This document shows positions 25,292 through 32,000 of a stretch of DNA of 32,000 nt, in pieces. Positions within the stretch are counted from its first letter, which is position 1. Each line of letters opens with the position of its first letter. Position numbers and translations under genes: made by a program. The notes beneath the pieces were generated by a model. That model did not search any database and was not told the origin of the DNA. It saw nothing but the letters and a program-made list of their open reading frames with translations. The stretch lies in NCBI RefSeq assembly GCF_003231495.1, contig NZ_PQWO01000004.1:270001-302000 (forward strand), in the 5' to 3' direction. The stretch comes from Acaryochloris thomasi RCC1774. GTDB taxonomy: Bacteria; Cyanobacteriota; Cyanobacteriia; Thermosynechococcales; Thermosynechococcaceae.

Positions 25292-25534
25292 ATGTTGACA
25301 GACTATATTCAGGCCGCCATGCAGCGAGCGACCTATCGACTCTCCCAAGATGAGCACTTGATTTACGGTGAAATTCCGGGTTTTGAGCGGGTGACGGCAC
25401 ACGCAGAAACCATGGAAGCCTGCCGCAGTGAGCTAGTTGAAGCCTTAGAAGAGTGGATTTTCTTCCATATTTCTCGTCAACTTCCGGTGCCGGTGGTTGA
25501 TGGTATCGAGCTACCCGTAAAGGAAATCCTTTAG
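25292..25534 (+). CDS. HicB-family (UPF0150-like) antitoxin-like protein, with no HicA partner
   Basis: 80-aa ORF. YIQAAMQRATYRLSQDEHLIYGEIPGFERVTAHAETMEACRSELVEALEEWIFF...LPVPVVDGIEL matches the short cyanobacterial HicB-like pattern (Y.GEIPG..GV.A.a.tleeCr.EL.e.LE.WI...g.piP.idGi.L). Confidence 0.65.
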   Translation: MLTDYIQAAMQRATYRLSQDEHLIYGEIPGFERVTAHAETMEACRSELVEALEEWIFFHISRQLPVPVVDGIELPVKEIL

Positions 25535-25631
25535 GGCAACCATTGACCGAACAAGCTCTTAGGGAGACGGTTATCGGTCCTATAGAGGGATATCCCTACT
25601 GCCGTATTCAAGCAATTTCCCGACTCTGGAA

Positions 25632-25637
25632 TATAAT
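25632..25637 (+). promoter_or_regulatory. Candidate -10 box (TATAAT) for ssrA
   Basis: TATAAT lies 14 nt upstream of the mature tmRNA 5' end (25651). No convincing -35 at 17-bp spacing. Confidence 0.3.
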
Positions 25638-25650
25638 AGTGAGAGAACAC

Positions 25651-26042
25651 GGGGCTGTAACGGTTTCGACGTCTTAGTGAACGTAGCTTCATGATTCAGG
25701 CCGAGAGTGAGTTATCTCTCGTAAATCAATGGCTCAAACATCGTACATGCGAACAACATCGTACCTTTCGCTCGCCAGCGTACAGCAGTAGCTGCCGCCT
25801 AGAAAAAACCAACTCTTTGGTTCGAGCATTCATAGATTGACTCCGTTAATTTCTATGGATAACCCCCAACGGATGCGCGATCTGAGGGTCTCTGGTCCCG
25901 ACGTAAGCAAAGAACTTTACTAGAGCATCCCTCGCCTGGGATAAGAGGCGATTCCCGCTTCGAGGGTTAGAGAAGCTAAGCCTGTGAATGAATGGAGAGC
26001 TAATAATTAGGGCGGACACGGGTTCGACTCCCGTCAGCTCCA
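25651..26042 (+). ncRNA. ssrA: tmRNA (SsrA), standard one-piece form
   Basis: The 5' GGGGCTGTAACGGTTTCGACG pairs with the 3' acceptor ...CAGCTCCA. T-arm GGACACGGGTTCGACTCCCGTC lies at the 3' end. The tag ORF resumes at GCG 25749 and encodes ANNIVPFARQRTAVAAA, with stop TAG at 25800-25802. CCA is not encoded (GCTCCA is followed by TTTTT). Confidence 0.92.
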
Positions 26043-26060
26043 TTTTTAACTCATCTGACA

Positions 26061-26684
26061 CTATTCCGTTTCTTCTCTGCTACCGGGAAGAAGCGGTTGT
26101 GGCTTTTCCTTTGAATTTAGCGTACCAACGGCTCCTGCGACGCTGCCAGCCCCGACAATGCCTTGCGTAACGGCTTGCCCTGCAGCCATGCCACCGCCAC
26201 CCGTAGCGAGACTTCCTCCGCCTAACGCCGCAAGACCACTTGATGTTGCTGCAGCGCCAGCAGTTCCAGAAGCTGCGGAAAGCGCAACGGCTGCTTCGGC
26301 AACCCCAATTTCAGCAACGGCTCCCACGGCAGCGGATCCGACGACCGTTCCTACTTTCTTTGCTGTAGCAATAGTCGCTTGATCTGCTCCTATCGCTGTA
26401 GCACCTAAAGCGGTCAATTCGCCTCCAGCTTTACCAGCATATTCGGTTGCCCTATCAGCAACGAAACCAGCTCCTTTGCCAGTTTCTGTCAAAGCGATCT
26501 TTGCGACCTCACCAGTTGTTCTAAGTACACTACCGATAGCTTCTACATTACGGTTCCCTGAAGACTCCGCAATCGCTCCGAGACCATGAAGACCTAGCTT
26601 TGCTGCAGTACCGGCTGCGCTCCCGGTATGTCTGATAATGCCACCTAAGCTGAGATTCTTCGCAATCCATTTACCTGCTGCCAT
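26061..26684 (-). CDS. Gly/Ala-rich low-complexity protein of unknown function (glycine-zipper-like C-terminal half)
   Basis: 207-aa ORF and the longest frame in this region. GxxxG/AxxxG-type runs (VGSAAVGAVAEIGVAEAAVALSAASGTAGAAA...GGGSLATGGGGMAAGQAVTQGIVGAGSVAGAVG). No family recognised. The biased composition inflates chance ORFs on both strands. Confidence 0.45.
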   Translation of the reverse strand: MAAGKWIAKNLSLGGIIRHTGSAAGTAAKLGLHGLGAIAESSGNRNVEAIGSVLRTTGEVAKIALTETGKGAGFVADRATEYAGKAGGELTALGATAIGADQATIATAKKVGTVVGSAAVGAVAEIGVAEAAVALSAASGTAGAAATSSGLAALGGGSLATGGGGMAAGQAVTQGIVGAGSVAGAVGTLNSKEKPQPLLPGSREETE

Positions 26685-26830
26685 GCGTTTTGCCAGTCCA
26701 ATCCAAGAGTTCTCTTCTAAATGTGTGCTTCACTCAACAACTAGATGACCAAAATTCAGTTGAGAATAACAGGACACAACTATAAGAGTGCCCAAGTATA
26801 GGGAAGTGTTTCCCAAGCTTGCTCTCAGGA

Positions 26831-27622
26831 TCAAAACTCTCGGAATGAGAAGAGCCAGGTTGCGATCGCAAGCAGCAAAACCACATACACCGCCCCATAC
26901 CCAGCATTAGCCGCGAGCACCCCCGGTTCCGGCAGCAGCCCATAAACCGCCTGACTTTTCAGATCGAGCCGCGATAGGTCCGGGAAAATATAGTAGATGC
27001 CCTTGGCAATATTTTTGACGCTATCTGCCTCAATCTTGTCGCTAAGCGTCAGCAAATTATGGCTGAGGTGGCCCATAAAATACGCCGTGAACGTCAGCAC
27101 CGTTGCCATCAAAGAACTGGTCAACACCCCAAATAGAACGGCGGCAGCTGACATCAGCGAAAGTTCAAGGCCAATGTAGAAAGAAGCCGTGACCATACTG
27201 CCAAAACCATAGTCAATCTGCCGCCAATTCATGATCGTGAGAAAGATCACCGTCATCAGAGCGATGAGCACCATCAACACCGCAGAGAGTCCCAGATGCT
27301 TACCGACAATAAACTCGGCCCGACTCATCGGCTTTGCCAACAGCACCAGCGCTGTCTTCTTCTCAATTTCTTTGCGGACTAAATTGCCCCCTTCAAAGGC
27401 CGCAACCGCCAGCCCCAAGAGCGCCATGCCTGCGAGTCCCACATCCAGGCTGATTTTGCCTTCTGTTCCCACAGAGACTTCGTTGAGAAAGAGAACGGCC
27501 AGCACAAAAACAATAGTGTATAGACCCACAATGTAGATCACGCGCTCTCGCAAAACGCCTCGGAAGACGTTCGCCGCAATGGCCCAAATTCTTCGAATGT
27601 TCATGTCAAGTACAATACCCAT
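26831..27622 (-). CDS. ABC-2-type transporter permease (NosY-like), with no adjacent ATPase
   Basis: 263-aa ORF with about 6 hydrophobic segments. The N-terminal IRRIWAIAANVFRGVLRERVIYIV is typical of this permease family. An alternative start is ATG 27604 (MNIRRIW). Confidence 0.7.
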   Translation of the reverse strand: MGIVLDMNIRRIWAIAANVFRGVLRERVIYIVGLYTIVFVLAVLFLNEVSVGTEGKISLDVGLAGMALLGLAVAAFEGGNLVRKEIEKKTALVLLAKPMSRAEFIVGKHLGLSAVLMVLIALMTVIFLTIMNWRQIDYGFGSMVTASFYIGLELSLMSAAAVLFGVLTSSLMATVLTFTAYFMGHLSHNLLTLSDKIEADSVKNIAKGIYYIFPDLSRLDLKSQAVYGLLPEPGVLAANAGYGAVYVVLLLAIATWLFSFREF

Positions 27623-27771
27623 TTTCTGTAAGTGACAGTTAGAGAGATTAATCTTTACAGAGTTTCTTCATCTATAATGCCCAGGTTGTCTCCCAAAAGA
27701 TTATTGTGCTTCCAGAGTCAACGTACAAGGCGAACCCAGTACAGTATGAGAAAGCATAGCCATCCAACACA

Positions 27772-28902
27772 ATGACCAGAACCGGAATTGGGATCAAGAC
27801 CGCTCAAGGACGTAACGAACGGGTCGTCGGTCAAATCCACGTTTATAACGGCGCAGGGAAAGGTAAGTCTCAAGCCGCCCTGGGTGTAGTCCTACGCTCC
27901 ATTGGGCTGGGGATTGGATCCTCTTGGCCCACGCGGGTTCTGCTGCTGCGTTTTTTGAAAGGACCGGGACGTATTTACGCAGAAGATGCCGCTATTGAAG
28001 CACTCCAGCGAGCCTTCCCTCACCTAGTCGATCAGGTTCGCACGGGTCGGGCTGAGTTCTTTGGCGCCGATGAGATTACCAAGTTTGACCGCCAAGAAGC
28101 ACAGCGAGGGTGGGATATTGCCAAAGGTGCGATCGCATCTGGTCTCTACTCCGTAATTGTTCTCGACGAACTCAACCCCGTCTTAGACCTAGGCTTGTTG
28201 CCGATGGACGACGTGGTCCAATCCTTGAAGGGGAAGCCCGAGCACCTTGAAATCATTGCCACCGGGCGCGGCACCCCACAGCAGCTGCTCGAGATCACAG
28301 ATCTGCACTCCGAAATGAAGCCCTATTCCCATCGGGCAGAAGAACTCGGCATCGAAGGCATTGAAATCTACACCGGAGACGGCAAAGGTAAATCCACTAG
28401 TGCCCTAGGTAAAGCCCTCCAGGCTATCGGACGTGGCATTAGCGAAGATCAGTCCCACCGCGTCTTGATCATGCAGTGGCTCAAGGGTGGGCGCGGCTAC
28501 ACCGAAGATGCCGCTATCTCTGCCATGCAGCAAAGTTACCCTAGCCTCGTGGATCACCAGCGCTGTGGACGTGATGCAATTGTCTGGCGCGGTCAGCAGC
28601 AGGAGCTAGACTACGTGGAAGCCGAGCGGGGCTGGGAAGTAGCGCGGGCCGCCATTGCCTCTGGCCTGTACAAAACCATCATTTTGGATGAATTAAACCC
28701 GACTGTTGACCTAGAGCTGTTGCCAGAGGAGCCGATTATGCAGGCTTTTCTTCGCAAGCCAAGGGATACTGAAATTATTGTTACAGGCCGCTGCAAGAAT
28801 CCACCCGCCTACTTTGATCTGGCGAGTATTCACTCAGAAATGGTTTGTCACAAACATTACGCCGAAAAAGGGATTGACCTCAAGCGAGGCGTTGACTTTT
28901 AG
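27772..28902 (+). CDS. Tandem-duplicated CobA/CobO/BtuR-type cob(I)yrinic acid a,c-diamide adenosyltransferase-like protein
   Basis: 376-aa ORF with two homologous halves. Each has a P-loop (VYNGAGKGKSQAALG; IYTGDGKGKSTSALG), LDELN, and a C-terminal H-S-E-M segment (DLHSEMKP; SIHSEMVCHKHY). Confidence 0.8.
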   Translation: MTRTGIGIKTAQGRNERVVGQIHVYNGAGKGKSQAALGVVLRSIGLGIGSSWPTRVLLLRFLKGPGRIYAEDAAIEALQRAFPHLVDQVRTGRAEFFGADEITKFDRQEAQRGWDIAKGAIASGLYSVIVLDELNPVLDLGLLPMDDVVQSLKGKPEHLEIIATGRGTPQQLLEITDLHSEMKPYSHRAEELGIEGIEIYTGDGKGKSTSALGKALQAIGRGISEDQSHRVLIMQWLKGGRGYTEDAAISAMQQSYPSLVDHQRCGRDAIVWRGQQQELDYVEAERGWEVARAAIASGLYKTIILDELNPTVDLELLPEEPIMQAFLRKPRDTEIIVTGRCKNPPAYFDLASIHSEMVCHKHYAEKGIDLKRGVDF

Positions 28903-29000
28903 ATCATTCCATAAACGAAATTTGATGCATCTAGCCCGCCTTGCCTACCTAATCGAGAGTTGAGCGGAGCCGAGACCTGCCCGCCAAATGCATTTGCCTA

Positions 29001-29042
29001 CTCAAAAAGATAGGTCTGAGCCATAGAGGCTCAGACCTATCT
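29001..29042 (-). terminator. Rho-independent terminator for the apcB-like gene
   Basis: A 15-bp perfect stem, AGATAGGTCTGAGCC (29008-29022) with GGCTCAGACCTATCT (29028-29042), and a 5-nt loop. On the minus strand it is followed by TTTTGAG. It lies 51 nt downstream of the stop at 29093. Confidence 0.65.
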
Positions 29043-29092
29043 AGAAACAGAATTTCTGGACTTACCTGTCTATATCAGAAAAGATGAAGGTT

Positions 29093-29578
29093 CTAGGTGA
29101 GGCTGTCACAAATGTAGTCAAGGTAGCAGCCCAGTTCACAACCTGCCTCTTCGCCCAACAGCTCCGTGGTCACAAACTTCATCGATTGAATAGCTCCCAC
29201 CGTCGAAGTAATTGATACACCCAGTGAATGGTAGGTCTCCTTGAGGCCGTTCAAAACGCGCTCATCTAAAATCGAGGTGTCGCCAGCAACCATGGCATAG
29301 GTTGCATAGCGCAGATAAAAATCAAGGTCACGTACGCAGGCCGCATACTGGCGAGTTGTGTGCATTGCCGTACCAGGCTTCGCCGCATTAGCACCTGCTA
29401 AGGAATGGGCTACGGCATCTTTGACGATATCGGGGGCATGGTCGCTAATCACAGCCGCTGTTTTAAGCCTGAGTTCACCGGTCTGAAAATACTGCTCAAG
29501 CTGGGCTAGGCTCTCAGAGTTGAGGTACTGCCCTTGCAGATCTGATGAGGTGATTGCAGCAGTAATCGCGTCTTGCAT
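29093..29578 (-). CDS. Allophycocyanin beta-subunit paralog (ApcB-like), divergent and not next to an alpha-type gene
   Basis: 161-aa ORF colinear with canonical ApcB: [18 protein letters not shown]..., [53 protein letters not shown]. The chromophore Cys81 is present. Residues 61-73 diverge. Confidence 0.85.
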   Translation of the reverse strand: MQDAITAAITSSDLQGQYLNSESLAQLEQYFQTGELRLKTAAVISDHAPDIVKDAVAHSLAGANAAKPGTAMHTTRQYAACVRDLDFYLRYATYAMVAGDTSILDERVLNGLKETYHSLGVSITSTVGAIQSMKFVTTELLGEEAGCELGCYLDYICDSLT

Positions 29579-30017
29579 GATGGTGTCGCTTCCTTAACAG
29601 GCTTGATTAAAACGGGAGCAATGCGTAACAGGGGTCTTAAGATGTGGAGTCTCTACTCAAAGGAAGTTGACGTTCCTAGGGCACTCAGCACCCCTCGATC
29701 TAGAGCGCTAATCTACGCTAATTCTCGTCCATAGAGAACATTCTCAGCTATTTTGGTGGGCAGCTTGTCAGGTACGCAACACTTTTTAATATTATCAATG
29801 AGTTTTCGTTATCTATCAAGTTCGGTTCACCCGCCAAGACGGTGGCAACTGCGACCTCGGCATTATCTTGAAGCTATAGATGCTGATGCGCTACAACAGC
29901 CTGACAAGCACAAAGCTAAAGAATAGGCAGGTCTGGCGGCTAGCCTAGATTATTCGTTCCCCGTGAATGTAAGTACAATTTGTGAATCACGTCGGTAGAG
30001 CTTTTTGCTCTGCGCTG

Positions 30018-30701
30018 ATGGCCAACCCAGATTCTGCTTCTATGAATAAAACGCTGCGTAAGGTTATTAAATTTGTACTGATTGCGGGGGGCGTTGCTTT
30101 AGCCATTTGGGCTTTTCAACAGGTGGACCTAGATCCCCTGAAAGCTAAAATCGAGAGCCTTGGACCTTGGGCACCCGTTGGTATTTTTGCGCTACGCACC
30201 ATTAGCGTGGTGATTCCTATTGTTCCAAGCACGATATGGGCATTTTTTGCAGGGTCTTTCCTGGACTACCCGGTTGCTGTCGCCACTGTCGTCTTTGCCG
30301 ATATCGTCTCCTGTAGCTTGGGTTTTTATCTTGCAAAACGATATGGTCGTGGCCTTGTGGAGAAGCTGGTTGGCACTCGATTCATGGGAAAAGTTGACAA
30401 GCTAAGTCAAAAACATCTAGAAAGCAATTTCTTTTTGTTGGCTGGGGCATTAATGACAGGTGCCTTTGACTTTGTAAGCTACAGTGCAGGCTTAACCACA
30501 ACAAAATGGAAGATGTTCTTACCAGCCCTAGTACTCGGGGCTCTCGTCTCTGATGCACCGATGGTGGCTATCGGTGCAAACTTGTTTGAAAAAGGCAATG
30601 GTTATATGTTTGCCGGACTGGCTATCTTGAGCGCTTTTTGTTTATCGATCTTGGCGGGATGGTTACAAAAACGAGCCTCCCCCTCTGTGACGAACGAATA
30701 G
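30018..30701 (+). CDS. TVP38/TMEM64 (DedA/SNARE-associated-like) membrane protein
   Basis: VIPIVPSTIWAFFAGSFLDYPVAVATVVFADIVSCSLGFYLAKRYGRGLVEKL matches the TVP38/TMEM64 core. The start is uncertain: GTG 29982 per the track, or ATG 30018 or 30042. Confidence 0.75.
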   Translation: MANPDSASMNKTLRKVIKFVLIAGGVALAIWAFQQVDLDPLKAKIESLGPWAPVGIFALRTISVVIPIVPSTIWAFFAGSFLDYPVAVATVVFADIVSCSLGFYLAKRYGRGLVEKLVGTRFMGKVDKLSQKHLESNFFLLAGALMTGAFDFVSYSAGLTTTKWKMFLPALVLGALVSDAPMVAIGANLFEKGNGYMFAGLAILSAFCLSILAGWLQKRASPSVTNE

Positions 30702-31012
30702 AGCTAAAGAGAGCTAGTTGAAACCTCGCTAGCGATGACCATAAGCGGCTGGTCGGCGATGGCGACACCAATTCGGCCCGCTTCAGCCTACTAACACACC
30801 GATACATATTGATTAGAGCAGATATTTCTGTAGCATCAGCCGCACAAGGGTGCAGGCATTCGTGCGGAGCGAAGATCTCACCTGAGCCAACGACACAGAA
30901 GATAGGTTGCTTTCTTTCATCCCTTACTATGAGAGCCTTACTATGAAAATGCTCGTGATACCCTACTTGCACTGGAGTGGGTAGATTGAGTGCAACGCTA
31001 CCGGCTTAGAAT

Positions 31013-31933
31013 ATGAACGAGACCTCAGAACAAACGGCGACCCTGCATCCGGCCCTGCAGACTGCGCTAGCTAGCCTAGATCTAACCGTAGAATCTGAGC
31101 TGACCTATTACCGTCAGCAGCAGGCTCAGCTTTTAATCCCGCCCGAAGAAAGCGCCGCTTTGGTCTCTGAATCGCAGCCTGAGATCGAAGCAGAACCCCA
31201 AGCCTTAGCAAGCGCCATTGAAGCCCCTGAGCCGCCCCCTATTGACCCTGCAATGCATCCCGAACCCGTTGTTGCTAGTGCCAGCAGTGCAGAATCTGAA
31301 ACGCTGGCAGAGCCAGAAACACTGCCCGATGCCGCTCTCGTGCCCGAGCCTGAAATTCAGGAAGCTGCGCTCGTCACGACCCATAACGATCGGCCTGCCG
31401 AAACCGAGGACATGATTGCAATCGAGACACCGCCGGATGCAGCCCTCGACTCTGAGACAGCAGAGCCGCTGAGTACGCCACCTCCAGCGGACTTTCCAAA
31501 GTCTTACGAAAACTATTTAGATCCCTCCATTGAGGATTATCTGGAGTCATCTGAGGCTCTCCTCCGCCATTTAGAAGAATCGAAGGCAGAGCCAGAACAG
31601 AAACCTAAGCAGAACAAGAAGCTTCTACCGGGACTCCTCTTGGCATTATTTGTCTTGAGTTTAGGTGCGCTTATGCTTCGGGGACTCAGGCGTGGAAAAC
31701 GCCCTGCCGATCCGCCTCCCGCAGAGACGGTTTCCCCGTCTCCGTCTCCATCCTTAGCACCTTCGCCATCCCTGGGCTTGCCGCAGCTACCGATCACGCC
31801 TAGCCCCACACCTAGTCCAGCTCCTAGCGGAACAGCAACGCCTAGCCCCACGCCCAGTTCGATACCGCTCCAACCTCCCAGCCCGACGGTAACCGCGAGT
31901 CCATCACCGTCTCCTAGCCCAGCATCTCCCTGA
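31013..31933 (+). CDS. Acidic and Pro-rich single-pass membrane protein with a (S/T)P-repeat C-terminus
   Basis: 306-aa ORF. One TM segment (LLPGLLLALFVLSLGALML). C-terminal SPSPSPSLAPSPS...TPSPTPSPAPS low complexity. No family recognised. Confidence 0.55.
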   Translation: MNETSEQTATLHPALQTALASLDLTVESELTYYRQQQAQLLIPPEESAALVSESQPEIEAEPQALASAIEAPEPPPIDPAMHPEPVVASASSAESETLAEPETLPDAALVPEPEIQEAALVTTHNDRPAETEDMIAIETPPDAALDSETAEPLSTPPPADFPKSYENYLDPSIEDYLESSEALLRHLEESKAEPEQKPKQNKKLLPGLLLALFVLSLGALMLRGLRRGKRPADPPPAETVSPSPSPSLAPSPSLGLPQLPITPSPTPSPAPSGTATPSPTPSSIPLQPPSPTVTASPSPSPSPASP

Positions 31934-32000
31934 ACTAGCGATGACGAGAGACGCTGATGGCCGAACCTTGAGGTTCATTGGCTAGCAGAACGTCACGAAT

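Noticed and set aside
26158-26382. Plus-strand 74-aa Ala/Pro-rich ORF
   Set aside because: It is antisense to the longer Gly/Ala-rich ORF, and GC-rich repetitive codons generate open frames on both strands. The longer minus-strand frame was kept, with reduced confidence.
26043-26900. Genomic island integrated at ssrA
   Set aside because: No integrase gene and no visible direct repeat of the tmRNA 3' end lie downstream within the window. The composition is not obviously foreign.
27623-27771. Cobalamin riboswitch upstream of the CobA-like gene
   Set aside because: I could not find the conserved B12 box (GCCACTG) or the surrounding conserved core. Only a possible TATAAT (about 27673) is present.
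30622-30972. Minus-strand 116-aa ORF
   Set aside because: It overlaps the 3' end of the TVP38-family gene by 80 nt. Its Arg/Ser-rich tail and lack of motifs suggest a chance ORF. The region is treated as intergenic.
1-32000. CRISPR arrays, tRNA/rRNA genes, transposases, reverse transcriptases and retron-like elements
   Set aside because: I scanned for regularly spaced direct repeats and T-loop motifs (GGTTCGA.TCC). The only tRNA-like element is the tmRNA 3' domain. No regularly spaced repeat array and no IS, integrase or RT-like translation was seen in any frame.

Overview
The window looks like cyanobacterial chromosome. The octamer GCGATCGC (HIP1) recurs at least 15 times (e.g. 3858-3865, 4461-4468, 5933-5940, 7122-7129, 7332-7339, 13425-13432, 14443-14450, 17289-17296, 17881-17888, 22430-22437). 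It also holds an allophycocyanin-beta-like gene and a one-piece tmRNA with an ANNIV... tag. All homology calls come from reading the translations and recalling family motifs; no search was run. Main content, left to right: (1) A type I restriction-modification locus on the minus strand (hsdM 6188-3993, hsdS 3306-1900, hsdR 995 to beyond the window start). It is interrupted by an orphan UPF0175-like antitoxin gene, a roughly 200-bp hairpin-repeat or MITE-like insert, and a DUF433/DUF5615 (PIN-like) toxin-antitoxin pair directly upstream of hsdR. A UDG-fold gene is transcribed divergently from hsdM. (2) Mostly housekeeping or accessory genes: a DUF3318-like protein, an exported protein, a flavin reductase, a 966-aa Calx-beta/beta-propeller/RTX protein with a recent internal 327-bp duplication, an EgtC-like amidotransferase, and a 1249-aa soluble hybrid kinase carrying REC-wHTH, Hpt, REC, GAF, two PAS domains and a histidine kinase core in one chain. 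Also here are a PAT-type GNAT, an M28 peptidase, aroC, hrcA, a rhodanese, an orphan HicB-like gene, ssrA, a Gly/Ala-rich protein, an ABC-2 permease, a tandem CobA-like adenosyltransferase, an orphan divergent ApcB paralog, a TVP38/DedA-like protein and a Pro-rich membrane protein. (3) A low-GC, HIP1-free block (about 18.35-20.76 kb) with a tightly coupled two-gene operon. Their sizes, topology and one motif resemble the SdpA/SdpB (HTTM) peptide-toxin maturation pair, but no cargo gene is visible. A 724-bp ORF-poor AT-rich tract lies upstream. My best candidates for something undescribed are this SdpAB-like island, the TA-interrupted type I R-M locus with its UDG-fold neighbour, and the ApcB paralog that lacks the conserved Asn71. 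No CRISPR array, integrase, transposase or tRNA gene was seen.
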